The notes beneath the pieces were generated by a model. The model saw only the letters and a list, made by a program, of their open reading frames with translations, was not told where the DNA came from and made no database searches. Position numbers and translations under genes: made by a program. A stretch of 64,000 nucleotides of DNA from Thermodesulfobacteriota bacterium (GTDB lineage: Bacteria; Desulfobacterota_D; UBA1144; Nemesobacterales; UBA2774), in the NCBI GenBank assembly GCA_965216785.1, contig OZ244197.1:1760001-1824000 (forward strand), written 5' to 3'. Each line of letters starts with the position of its first letter. The stretch's first letter is position 1. Shown here piece after piece: positions 31,371 to 41,196 of this stretch.

Positions 31371-33614
31371 ATGAAAATACAAAAAGGTTTAATAAATATT
31401 ATGCTTTTGTCGATTATCTTTCTGCTGCTCATATCGTGCGGCAGTGATTCGGGCACGGAGCTAAGTGAATGGGCGAGTCTCTCCAGCAAAAGGGGAGAGA
31501 TTCCCGAGCCCGGACCTTCAAAACAGCAGACGGCTAGTCTGATTCTGGATGTGGATAAAGACGGAGTCAATGATTTTATCATAGCCAGCCGGCAAAAGGG
31601 CCCTTCAGTTTATTGGTATAGACGCGGAGGTGACGGATGGGAGAAATATTTAATAGAAAAAGACACTCTGCCCGTGGAGGCGGGAGGGGCGTTTCACGAC
31701 ATCGATAGGGACGGGGACCTCGACATAGTATTCGGGGCGGATGCGTCGGATAATAAAATGTGGTGGTGGGAGAACCCATATCCGGATTTTGATCCAAAGC
31801 GTTCATGGAAAAGGCGTGTAATAAAAAACTCGGGCGCTAAAAAGCATCACGACCAAATGTTCGGAGACTTCGACCACGACGGGGAGACGGAGCTCGTCTT
31901 CTGGAACCAAGGGGACAACAAGCTTTTTATGGCACAAATACCAAATGAGCCCAGACTCAGCGGGCCCTGGCTGTATACACAAATATTCTCGAGCGAATCA
32001 GAGTCTGAGGGGCTTACCTCTTCAGATATCGATCTAGACGGGAAACAGGATATTGTCGGGGGTGGGCGATGGTTTAAGCACGTCGGTGAAAATAATTATG
32101 AACCCGAGACAATAGACGACGCGCAGAGCTTCTCACGGGTAAAGGTGGGGCAGTTAGTTAAGGGTGGCCGGCCCGAAGTGGTTTTTGTCATAGGAGACGG
32201 CGTGGGGCCGCTCAAATGGTATGAGTGGAAAAACGGGACGTGGGTAGGGCATGATTTGCTGCCATTTGATGTTGACCACGGTCACTCGCTTGAGATTGAG
32301 GATATGGACGGCGACGGCAATCTGGACATATTCTCCGCGGAAATGAGGCTTGACGGTACAAACGAAGATGCTAAAACATGGATTTTTTACGGGGACGGCA
32401 GCGGGAATTTTACCCGGAGACAGCTTGCCGAAGGGTTTGGCAATCATGAATCCAAGGTTGGAGACCTGGACAACGACGGCGATCCCGACATTTTGGTTAA
32501 GCCTTACAACTGGGATGCCCCGCGCGTAGACGTACTGCTCAATAATTGGGATTGGGAGCGTCATGAAATCGACTCGGATAAGCCTTCTAGGAGCATTTTT
32601 GTAAAATCAGGAGACCTGGACGGAGACGGGAAAAAAGACATAGTTACCGGGGGCTTCTGGTACAAAAACCCCGGCATAATCAACGCAAAATGGGAGCGTT
32701 TCCCGATTGGTGACTCATTTAATAATATGGCGTTGGCCCATGATTTCGACGGCGACGGGGATATGGATCTCCTAGGCACAGAAGGACGGGGCTCTGACCC
32801 CAATTCTACATTGCTTTGGGCCGAAAATGACAGCTCGGGAAATTTTAAAATACATAAAAACTTGCCCCCCGGGGACGGTGATTTCCTTCAGGGAGTAGCT
32901 GCTGATAGTTTTCAAGAGGGGGGTACTCAGGTCGCGATGTCATGGCATGAAGAGGGGAAGTGGATTCAGATGTTGACAGTTCCGGAAAATCCCGCAGAGA
33001 AGAGATGGACTATCTCAAAAATAATGGATTTTTCCCAGGATGAAGCGCTTAGCTCGGGCGATATAGACAGCGACGGCGATCAGGACTTGCTTTTGGGTAC
33101 AAAATGGCTTCGCAATGACGGTTCGTTCTGGGAGATAATGACAGTAAGCGACACTGCCGATCCGCCTGACCGCAACCGTCTAGCCGATATAAACAGGGAC
33201 GGCAAGCTCGATGCGGTAGTGGGTTTTGAGGCAATTAACAAACCGGGCAAGCTCGTCTGGTATGAGCAAAAAGGTGAACTGCCATCTTTAGAATGGGAAG
33301 AGCATTTGATCGGAGTTATTACGGGGCCCATGAGTCTTGATGTAGGTGATTTAGATCAAGATGGCGACCTCGACGTAGTGGCGGGAGAACACAATACCGA
33401 GCAGCCGTCGAGAGCTACAACTTATTTTTTTGAGAATAAAGACGGCACTGGTACGAATTGGATAGCTCACAAATTACATATAGGTGACGAGCATCACGAC
33501 GGTACTGAACTTGACGATATTGATGGTGACGGGGACCTCGATATCATTTCAATCGGCTGGACGCACCCAAGAGTAATAATTTATGAAAATAAACTGTCTC
33601 CGGGAAGTTCCTGA
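31371..33614 (+). CDS. FG-GAP/VCBS-repeat beta-propeller lipoprotein
   Basis: Lipobox LISC; many DxDxDGDLD Ca-binding repeats. Confidence 0.88.
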   Translation: MKIQKGLINIMLLSIIFLLLISCGSDSGTELSEWASLSSKRGEIPEPGPSKQQTASLILDVDKDGVNDFIIASRQKGPSVYWYRRGGDGWEKYLIEKDTLPVEAGGAFHDIDRDGDLDIVFGADASDNKMWWWENPYPDFDPKRSWKRRVIKNSGAKKHHDQMFGDFDHDGETELVFWNQGDNKLFMAQIPNEPRLSGPWLYTQIFSSESESEGLTSSDIDLDGKQDIVGGGRWFKHVGENNYEPETIDDAQSFSRVKVGQLVKGGRPEVVFVIGDGVGPLKWYEWKNGTWVGHDLLPFDVDHGHSLEIEDMDGDGNLDIFSAEMRLDGTNEDAKTWIFYGDGSGNFTRRQLAEGFGNHESKVGDLDNDGDPDILVKPYNWDAPRVDVLLNNWDWERHEIDSDKPSRSIFVKSGDLDGDGKKDIVTGGFWYKNPGIINAKWERFPIGDSFNNMALAHDFDGDGDMDLLGTEGRGSDPNSTLLWAENDSSGNFKIHKNLPPGDGDFLQGVAADSFQEGGTQVAMSWHEEGKWIQMLTVPENPAEKRWTISKIMDFSQDEALSSGDIDSDGDQDLLLGTKWLRNDGSFWEIMTVSDTADPPDRNRLADINRDGKLDAVVGFEAINKPGKLVWYEQKGELPSLEWEEHLIGVITGPMSLDVGDLDQDGDLDVVAGEHNTEQPSRATTYFFENKDGTGTNWIAHKLHIGDEHHDGTELDDIDGDGDLDIISIGWTHPRVIIYENKLSPGSS

Positions 33615-33677
33615 TTTTGCTTTTATGAATATTCCGGGGCTATTAAAAAATATATGAAGGTAATCTGAGCTTCTATT

Positions 33678-34790
33678 ATGAAATCAAATACGAAATCACA
33701 ATCGAAGAAGATATTCCCCAAAATTATCCTGGTAATGGTTTCGCTAATCTTTACGTTGTTTTTAGCTGAAATCGCCTTGAGATATTATTTTTTTGGAAGT
33801 CTTTCGATAGCAGCTAAAACACCTGACAGTAAGTTCATAGGTTATGACGAGCAACTGGGTTGGTCTAATATTCCCAATTCAGAGGGATACTTCGAGAACT
33901 ACAAAGAGGGATTTAAAGGCTACGTAAAATTTGATGAGAACGGAATTAGGGTAAACGATAATAATTTAGATAATGAGGGTGAGGCGATACTGATAGTGGG
34001 CGACTCAGTGACTGCGGGTATGGAAGTCGATAATAACGAAACATATTCGGCAGTTCTAGAGAGGATGTTTTTCGAAAATGGCTGTGAGTACAGGGTCTAT
34101 AACGCGGGGGTGCGCGGCTATGGGACAGATCAATCTTTTTGGAATATGGAAAGATTAGTAGAAATTATTAACCCGAAGTACGTCATTTATATGTTTACCA
34201 GTAACGACTTGCAGGATAATAAAACCATAAAGCAATCCAATAGGGTAGATGGAAAACCGGTGTTTATTTTCGATGAAAATAAGCTTACTGTGACAAACAG
34301 GCCCGCTAAAAAACTTGAAACGAACCGCTTCGCGTTTGTTACTTATAACGGCGATGGCTATGAGATCTACGAAGGTGATATAGATGAAAACCTGCGGTCG
34401 GTAATGGAATTTATTAAAAACAATTTTGCCCTGTATTATCCGCTGAACGTTCTGTATCAACAACTGCAAGTCTCTCCTATGGCTGTACTTGAAACAAAGG
34501 CCGAATACCCTGACATGGAGATTCTGGAGCTTATTTTACAATCGATGAAAAGAGATGACATAGAATTGTTTATTACATCCTTCCCATATGATGGTGAAGA
34601 GGTATACATCGATGATTTTATAAGAATATCGGACAAGCAGGGCATGACATACTTAAATATTTATCCCTATTTTACTGAACAATGGGAGAATTATCATTGG
34701 AAGAAAGATAGGCACTGGAATGAAAAAGGCCATCTCCAGGCGGCAACAGGGTTATACGAGCTTCTAAGCCCCCAATTATGTGATAACTAG
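33678..34790 (+). CDS. SGNH/GDSL hydrolase-family membrane-anchored protein
   Basis: N-terminal TM, VGDSVT, NAGVRGYGTDQ, ND, DRHWNEKGH. Confidence 0.88.
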   Translation: MKSNTKSQSKKIFPKIILVMVSLIFTLFLAEIALRYYFFGSLSIAAKTPDSKFIGYDEQLGWSNIPNSEGYFENYKEGFKGYVKFDENGIRVNDNNLDNEGEAILIVGDSVTAGMEVDNNETYSAVLERMFFENGCEYRVYNAGVRGYGTDQSFWNMERLVEIINPKYVIYMFTSNDLQDNKTIKQSNRVDGKPVFIFDENKLTVTNRPAKKLETNRFAFVTYNGDGYEIYEGDIDENLRSVMEFIKNNFALYYPLNVLYQQLQVSPMAVLETKAEYPDMEILELILQSMKRDDIELFITSFPYDGEEVYIDDFIRISDKQGMTYLNIYPYFTEQWENYHWKKDRHWNEKGHLQAATGLYELLSPQLCDN

Positions 34791-34912
34791 ACGCTCTTCA
34801 GTTCGGACAAATGATAAACGCGTGCGCGGTATAAGACAAAGCTGTGAGTTAATCTAAATTAGTTGTTTCCCACGAAAAAATAGTTTTCTATACGAGTAAG
34901 GAGCCCGCTACG

Positions 34913-35197
34913 ATGCAAAAAATATTGACTTTAAATAATCAGGAAAAAGAAATAGAAAAACCGAGTATTCCCCGTAGATTCTGGGAATGGTGGAAAAGGG
35001 TCGCGAGAAAAATCGGCGACTTTAATGCCAGAGTTATACTCACCATTTTTTACCTCATACTCTTAAGCCCTTTTGCTCTTGCGGTGAGGTTTTTAACCGA
35101 CCCGTTAAGTATTAAGAAGAAGACCGAAAAAAGATGGATTACCAGGGAAGAGGATGAGGAGACGACCCCTATGGAAAGGGCCGCCAGGCAGTCCTGA
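34913..35197 (+). CDS. SxtJ-family small membrane protein
   Basis: W.WW...A..IG.FN.RVILTIFY..LSP, DPL. Confidence 0.8.
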   Translation: MQKILTLNNQEKEIEKPSIPRRFWEWWKRVARKIGDFNARVILTIFYLILLSPFALAVRFLTDPLSIKKKTEKRWITREEDEETTPMERAARQS

Positions 35198-35292
35198 ATA
35201 TCCGGGGAGGGGGATGTTCACCTGACATTATCTGTTATATCTCATGCATACCACAGACATTTACACTAAGATTCGAAAAGGAGTTTTATAAT

Positions 35293-37083
35293 ATGTATAT
35301 ACTAGGTATATCCTGTTATTTCCACGACGCCTCGGCGGCGTTGCTAAAGGACGGAGTCCTCGTCGCGGCTGCCGAAGAAGAGCGCTTCTCGCGCGTAAAG
35401 CACGACTTTGAGTTCCCTGAGAAGGCTATAGAGTTTTGCCTTGCGACCGAAGGTATAGAAGCTCAGGACGTGGACTATGTAATGTTTTTTGAAAAACCTT
35501 TCGTTAAGTTCGAAAGGCTTCTGCTCTGTACTATGCAGACGTTCCCAAGATCGATGAAGCTCTTCCGGGAGGCGATGGTTACGTGGCTTGGAGACAAGCT
35601 CTGGGTAAAGCACCTTCTCCAGAATAAACTCGGCATCTCTCCTGAAAAGATTCTATTCAGCGAGCACCATCTCTCTCACGCGGCTAGCAGCTTTTACTGC
35701 TCACCGTTCGATGAATCCGCCATACTAACAGTTGACGGGGTGGGTGAATGGACAACTGCCGCGCTTGGAGTAGGGAAGGGGACAGATATCAAGCTGATAA
35801 AAGAAATTAACTTTCCCCATTCCCTTGGGCTTCTGTACAGCGCTTTTACCGCCTTTTTGGGCTTTGAGGTAAATGAAGGGGAGTACAAAGTGATGGGCAT
35901 GGCGCCTTTCGGAGAGCCAAAGTACGTAGACAGGGTATACGAAACCGTGAAAGTGGATGACGACGGCGGGTTTGAGCTCGATATGGATCTTTTCTCCTTT
36001 CATTACTCTTCGGAGAAGACGTTTAATAAAAATTTCGAGAATATATTCGGTCCTCCAAGAGACTCAGGATTGAATTTCTTCACGCCCACAAGCGGATTTC
36101 CTTCATACTTCGGCGAGAAGCCGGCCAATTTCGAAGAGCTCGGGCGCCAAAACCAGTACTATGCCGATATAGCGGCCAGCATCCAGGTAGTTACAGAGGA
36201 AATAATGGTCAGAATGGCCAATTACGCCTACAAAGAGACCGGGATGAGCAAACTCTGCATGGCCGGCGGGTGCGCGTTAAACAGTGTCGCCAATAGACGC
36301 ATACTTAAAGAAACACCTTTTGAAGAGATATACATTCACCCGGCCGCCGGAGACGGAGGGGCCGCCGTTGGCGCCGCTCTCTACGGCTATCACTCGTTGC
36401 TGGGAAAACCCCGGCACTTTATCATGGAGCACGCGTACTGGGGTCAGGAGCATTCACCCGAGGACACACAGAAGTTCCTTAAGGAAAACGATATACCTTA
36501 CGATTTTATAGAGGATGACGATAAGCTAATAGAACGGGTTACGCAAGGACTTGTTGACGGTAAAGTGGTGGGCTGGCACCAGGGACGTTTTGAATGGGGC
36601 CCGAGGGCGCTTGGCAACAGGAGTATAATCGCAGACCCGGGACGCACCGATATGAAAGATATCGTCAACGTGAAGATCAAATTCAGAGAGCCTTTCCGCC
36701 CATTTGCCCCCTCTGTACTGGTTGATAGGGCCGCGGAGTATTTTGACCTCGAAGATGTGGAAAAACACTATCCGGCAAGATTTATGCTATACGTCACAGA
36801 TGTTAAAGAAGATAAGCGAGAGAAACTCCCGGCAATCACGCACGTAGACGGTACCGGAAGGCTCCAGACCGTAATTGAAGATTTAAACCCCAAGTACTAC
36901 AAGCTTATAGAGTCCATGGGCGACGCCACAGGAGTGCCCGTAGTGTTAAACACCTCTTTTAATTTAAAGGGCGAGCCTATAGTGAACACGCCTGCGGAGG
37001 CTTTCAATTCCTTTAACGCAAGCGGTATGGACTTACTCGTAATTGGCAATTATGTGGTAGATAAAAACGCGCTTAGAATTTGA
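35293..37083 (+). CDS. O-carbamoyltransferase (NodU/CmcH/SxtI family)
   Basis: ILGISCYFHDASA, EEERF, HHLSHAAS, EYKVMG, GPRALGNRS, HVDGTGR, LNTSFN. Confidence 0.95.
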   Translation: MYILGISCYFHDASAALLKDGVLVAAAEEERFSRVKHDFEFPEKAIEFCLATEGIEAQDVDYVMFFEKPFVKFERLLLCTMQTFPRSMKLFREAMVTWLGDKLWVKHLLQNKLGISPEKILFSEHHLSHAASSFYCSPFDESAILTVDGVGEWTTAALGVGKGTDIKLIKEINFPHSLGLLYSAFTAFLGFEVNEGEYKVMGMAPFGEPKYVDRVYETVKVDDDGGFELDMDLFSFHYSSEKTFNKNFENIFGPPRDSGLNFFTPTSGFPSYFGEKPANFEELGRQNQYYADIAASIQVVTEEIMVRMANYAYKETGMSKLCMAGGCALNSVANRRILKETPFEEIYIHPAAGDGGAAVGAALYGYHSLLGKPRHFIMEHAYWGQEHSPEDTQKFLKENDIPYDFIEDDDKLIERVTQGLVDGKVVGWHQGRFEWGPRALGNRSIIADPGRTDMKDIVNVKIKFREPFRPFAPSVLVDRAAEYFDLEDVEKHYPARFMLYVTDVKEDKREKLPAITHVDGTGRLQTVIEDLNPKYYKLIESMGDATGVPVVLNTSFNLKGEPIVNTPAEAFNSFNASGMDLLVIGNYVVDKNALRI

Positions 37084-37123
37084 TCGGCTTTATCAAATAT
37101 ACATGTAGGAGGAACTATAAATT

Positions 37124-37303
37124 ATGTCATTTCTAAAGGGATTAACCAACAGAATGGGGATAGCAGGGGAGCTTCTTCAGTTCTTTGTTCAGAACAAGTG
37201 GTGGTGGATTACCCCTATGCTTCTCATTTTACTCATGTTCGGATTTTTAATCGTTTTCGCTCAGAGCTCTGCAGTGGCTCCTTTTATCTATACTCTATTT
37301 TAA
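37124..37303 (+). CDS. SxtK/DUF5989-family small membrane protein (59 aa, below the ORF-track cutoff)
   Basis: Manual translation MSFLKGLTNRMGIAGELLQFFVQNKWWWITPMLLILLMFGFLIVFAQSSAVAPFIYTLF; family-typical KWW..P and APFIYTLF end; AGGAGG SD. Confidence 0.88.
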   Translation: MSFLKGLTNRMGIAGELLQFFVQNKWWWITPMLLILLMFGFLIVFAQSSAVAPFIYTLF

Positions 37304-37381
37304 TAGATAGGTTCTGTAGTAGAACCTCATTTGATGAAAAGTAAGTTTTTGACCGAACATAATCGGAGGAGATAAATACAG

Positions 37382-38686
37382 ATGAAATCAAAAGCGGCTG
37401 AGTTATTAGCGCCAAATACTTTTATTGAGCTTAGTTGTCCGGGTTGCTACGCAAAGAAAGTGGCGATATTTTATGACATTCGAGACCTGCCTGTCCATAG
37501 CGTTCTTCTTCTGAATACGAGGGAAGAGGCTTTAAACTACCCTAAGGGGAATATTGCGCTCGGGTTCTGCTGGTCTTGCGGACTGGTCTCTAACTATGCG
37601 TTTAACGCAAGCATGCATGAGTATTCGGGCAAGTACGAGTCATCTCAGGCCTTTTCCCCAACATTTAACAGTTTCTCTAATCGACTGGCTGAGTCTCTGA
37701 TAAATCAGTACGGTCTTTATAATAAAAATATTATAGAAATTGGCTGCGGACAGGGCGAGTTTATAACTCATCTGGTACAGCTGGGCGGCAATCACGGCAT
37801 TGGTTTTGACCCGGCTTATGAAGGCTCCAGAAGCTACAACCTCCCGGAAATTCCATCAAGCGTAGTGAGTCTGTCCAAGAGCCGCGAAGGGCTCTTAAAT
37901 AGGGAGCATTCCAATTCGTGCGGTGGGTGCGTTACGTTTGTGAGTGACTTTTATGGAGAGAAATACCGGACTCTGGATACTGACTTTATATGCTGTAAGA
38001 TGACCCTTGAGCATATTCAAGACACCTCAAATTTTATAAGAACTGTCAGAAATTCTCTGCAGATCGGAAGTGAGGCGGTAGTATTTTTTCAAATACCCGA
38101 ATTTACGCGCGTTCTCGATGAGCTTGCCTTTTGGGATATTTACTATGAGCACTGCTCTTATTTCTCCCCTGGCTCCCTCGCCCGTCTGTTCCATAGCAGC
38201 GGTTTTGAAGTAAGGGACATCTGGACTGATTATGACGATCAGTACTTGATGATTGAAGCAGGCCCGAATGGAAACGGAAACGCCGCTCATCCTGTGCTTG
38301 ATAACGATATTGAGGATCTCGGCAGCAAAATAGATAACTTCTCAAAAAATTGCGGTCAAAAGATTGACGCATGGAAGGGCCGCTTAAAAGAGATCGGAGA
38401 GAGGGGTCTTAAAGCGGTTCTCTGGGGATCGAGCTCTAAAAGCGTCGCGTTTCTAACGACCTTAAAGATTCCATATAGTGATATTGAATACGTTGTGGAT
38501 ATAAACCCGCACAGACAGGGAAGCTATATGGCGGGCACAGGGCAAAAAATTGTTTCTCCGGAGTTTTTGCTAGATTACAAGCCGGATATCGTTATTGTGA
38601 TGAACCCGATTTATTCTGAGGAAATAAAAACGCAGCTCAAAAGCATGAGATTAGAGCCTGAGATACTTACGGTTAATGATGTATGA
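37382..38686 (+). CDS. Sugar C-methyltransferase-like SAM methyltransferase
   Basis: CPGC..CWSC, EIGCGQG, WDIYYEH, VLWGSSSK, VVDINP. Confidence 0.85.
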   Translation: MKSKAAELLAPNTFIELSCPGCYAKKVAIFYDIRDLPVHSVLLLNTREEALNYPKGNIALGFCWSCGLVSNYAFNASMHEYSGKYESSQAFSPTFNSFSNRLAESLINQYGLYNKNIIEIGCGQGEFITHLVQLGGNHGIGFDPAYEGSRSYNLPEIPSSVVSLSKSREGLLNREHSNSCGGCVTFVSDFYGEKYRTLDTDFICCKMTLEHIQDTSNFIRTVRNSLQIGSEAVVFFQIPEFTRVLDELAFWDIYYEHCSYFSPGSLARLFHSSGFEVRDIWTDYDDQYLMIEAGPNGNGNAAHPVLDNDIEDLGSKIDNFSKNCGQKIDAWKGRLKEIGERGLKAVLWGSSSKSVAFLTTLKIPYSDIEYVVDINPHRQGSYMAGTGQKIVSPEFLLDYKPDIVIVMNPIYSEEIKTQLKSMRLEPEILTVNDV

Positions 38687-38747
38687 ACGCCTATTTGACC
38701 ACTCTCAGATAGCGGTTAATTGCTTACTTGGAAGGGGCCTCAACAAA

Positions 38748-38777
38748 GCCGGCATTAAAGCCGCTTTAATGGCCGGC
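38748..38777. terminator. Intergenic GC-rich hairpin
   Basis: GCCGGCATTAAAG-CCG-CTTTAAT(G)GCCGGC, 13-bp stem with one bulge. Confidence 0.4.
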
Positions 38778-38819
38778 GAAAAATTTAGATTACATACAAG
38801 AGTGTAAAGAGGGAAAATT

Positions 38820-39998
38820 ATGCCTAATACTTGTCCCATATGTGAATCAAAGAGTAATTCCATATTTCTTTCACTTACTCAGGTGCCTGTTCATTGCAAT
38901 TTGATTTGCGAGGAACAGGCCGATGCCATAAATACTCCAAAAGGTGATATTGAGCTTACCTTGTGTAATGATTGCGGCCACGTATATAACTCCGCTTTCA
39001 ATACGAAGCTTATGGAATATTCTGGGAGTTATGAAAACTCCTTACATTTTTCCGAAAGGTTCCGGGAATATATTAATTGGCTCGCGGACCAGTTAATAGT
39101 GCGCTATGCCCTTTATGATAAAAAGATCGCTGAAATAGGTTGTGGCCAGGGGGACTTTTTAAGACTGGTATGCGAGAAAGGCGGCAATACGGGGATAGGT
39201 TTTGATCCGGGTTACAGGCCGGATCAGGATTTAAACGGGAGCCACGAAGCAGTAAGGATTGTTAATGAATTTTATTCCGGTCAATTATCCGGCTGCAGCG
39301 CGGACTTTCTTGTTTGCAGACACGTGCTCGAACATATATATGATCCGCAGAATTTCTTGAGTATGGTTAACAACGCAGTTGATAAGCAAACGAACGCGAA
39401 TTTATTCTTTGAGGTGCCAAGTTTACTGTGGACTCTCAGGGATCTTTCAATATGGGATATCATATATGAGCATTATTCATACTTTAGCTACAATTCGCTC
39501 AGCCAGCTTTTTATTAGGTGCGGATTAACTGTTAACGCAATTTATGAAACGTACGGGAAACAGTTTCTATGTATCGAAGCTTCCAAATCAAAGTCTCAAA
39601 CAGATGCATATGACCTTGATGCTGATAGTGTGAATGGGTTAGAAAACTATGTAGCGGATTTTACTGAGAAGTTTCAAAATAAAGTAGACACCGCAAATAA
39701 AATGTTAGCGGATGTAAAGCAGGCCAAAAAGAAAATTGTGCTGTGGGGAGCGGGCTCGAAGGGAGTTACTTTTTTGAACATCCTTAATATTAAGGATCAA
39801 GTTCGGTATGTTGTGGACATTAATCCTCGTAAGCACGGAAAGTATATTGCCGGCACCGGACAAGAAATTGTACGTCCCGAGTATTTAAAGTTATACAGAC
39901 CTGATTATATCGTTGTTATGAACCCTATTTACTTAAATGAGGTTGAACAGTATGCCAATAATGAGCTTGGATTATCTGCCAACCTTTTAACCGTATAG
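38820..39998 (+). CDS. Sugar C-methyltransferase-like SAM methyltransferase (paralogue of 37382)
   Basis: CPIC..CNDC, EIGCGQG, WDIIYEH, LWGAGSKG, VVDINP. Confidence 0.85.
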   Translation: MPNTCPICESKSNSIFLSLTQVPVHCNLICEEQADAINTPKGDIELTLCNDCGHVYNSAFNTKLMEYSGSYENSLHFSERFREYINWLADQLIVRYALYDKKIAEIGCGQGDFLRLVCEKGGNTGIGFDPGYRPDQDLNGSHEAVRIVNEFYSGQLSGCSADFLVCRHVLEHIYDPQNFLSMVNNAVDKQTNANLFFEVPSLLWTLRDLSIWDIIYEHYSYFSYNSLSQLFIRCGLTVNAIYETYGKQFLCIEASKSKSQTDAYDLDADSVNGLENYVADFTEKFQNKVDTANKMLADVKQAKKKIVLWGAGSKGVTFLNILNIKDQVRYVVDINPRKHGKYIAGTGQEIVRPEYLKLYRPDYIVVMNPIYLNEVEQYANNELGLSANLLTV

Positions 39999-40090
39999 AG
40001 TTTTGCAGCTCTTTAAAATAGGTATAAGTTTTATAGTAGTTAAAATCGTTGAATAATCTATGCTAAATTCCAGAAACTGCAGAGGCACAT

Positions 40091-41134
40091 ATGAAAAAGG
40101 CACTAATAACCGGGATAACAGGACAAGACGGATCTTATCTCGCGGAGCTGCTGCTGTCTAAAGGTTATGAAACCCATGGTTTGATAAGAAGGTCGAGCAG
40201 CTTCAATACCGATAGGATCGATCATATATATGTTGATCCGCACGACCCCGATGCCAAACTGCATCTTCACTATGGAGATCTGAGCGATTCCAGCCAGCTG
40301 ACAAATTTAATATATAATATCGAGCCGGATGAGATATATCACCTGGGCGCACAAAGCCACGTTAGAGTGAGTTTTGAAATGCCCGAGTACAGCAATGACG
40401 TTACCGGACTCGGTACGGTACGGATACTTGAATCCATAAGGAAAAGCGGCATTAAATGTCGTTTTTATCAGGCGTCAAGCAGTGAGATGTTCGGGGCAAC
40501 GCCTCCGCCGCAGAATGAATTAACACCGTTTCAGCCCAGAAGCCCTTATGCGTGCGCTAAACTTATGGCTCACTGGACAGCCGTGAACTACAGGGACGGG
40601 TATGACCTGTTCGCCGTAACAGGAATACTTTTTAACCATGAATCTCCCCGAAGAGGAGAGACGTTTGTAACGAGAAAAATAACCAAGGCAATATCAAATA
40701 TACTTCTCGGCAGGCAGGACTATCTATTCCTGGGAAATTTAGAGCCGACGCGTGACTGGGGCTATGCGCCCGAGTATGTTGAGATGATGTGGGCCATGCT
40801 TCAGCAAGATAATCCCGAAGACTTTGTAGTCGGCACCGGGGAGACCCATTCGGTAAAAGAGTTCGTTGAGGAGGCTTTTTCTTACGCGGGGCTTGATTGG
40901 AAAGAATACGTGAAAACAGATCCTAACTACTTTCGGCCGACCGAGGTAGAAAGCCTAAAATCGGATCCCAGCAAGGCCAAGGATATTCTCGGATGGAAAG
41001 CAGCGGTCGGGTTCAGCGACCTCGTAAAAATAATGGTTGATGCTGATATGAGTGCAATGGGGCTTGAACCTGTAGGAGATGGTTACAAAATATTAAAAGA
41101 AAAATTTCCGGACAGATGGTGGAAAAGAGATTAA
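40091..41134 (+). CDS. gmd: GDP-mannose 4,6-dehydratase
   Basis: [48 protein letters not shown]. Confidence 0.97.
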   Translation: MKKALITGITGQDGSYLAELLLSKGYETHGLIRRSSSFNTDRIDHIYVDPHDPDAKLHLHYGDLSDSSQLTNLIYNIEPDEIYHLGAQSHVRVSFEMPEYSNDVTGLGTVRILESIRKSGIKCRFYQASSSEMFGATPPPQNELTPFQPRSPYACAKLMAHWTAVNYRDGYDLFAVTGILFNHESPRRGETFVTRKITKAISNILLGRQDYLFLGNLEPTRDWGYAPEYVEMMWAMLQQDNPEDFVVGTGETHSVKEFVEEAFSYAGLDWKEYVKTDPNYFRPTEVESLKSDPSKAKDILGWKAAVGFSDLVKIMVDADMSAMGLEPVGDGYKILKEKFPDRWWKRD

Positions 41135-41196
41135 AGAATCTTATAGAACAGGGTAAGTCGTCTTCGTATTATTGTTTATCACGATAGAAGGTAACT

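Noticed and set aside
31550-33550. Recurrent GACGGCGAC/GACGGGGAC motifs as a DNA repeat array
   Set aside because: Explained by the DxDGD codons of FG-GAP protein repeats
33678-37303. Saxitoxin biosynthesis cluster
   Set aside because: Only the generic SxtI/J/K/L-like families are present; no sxtA, sxtG or sxtB, and the context is polysaccharide synthesis
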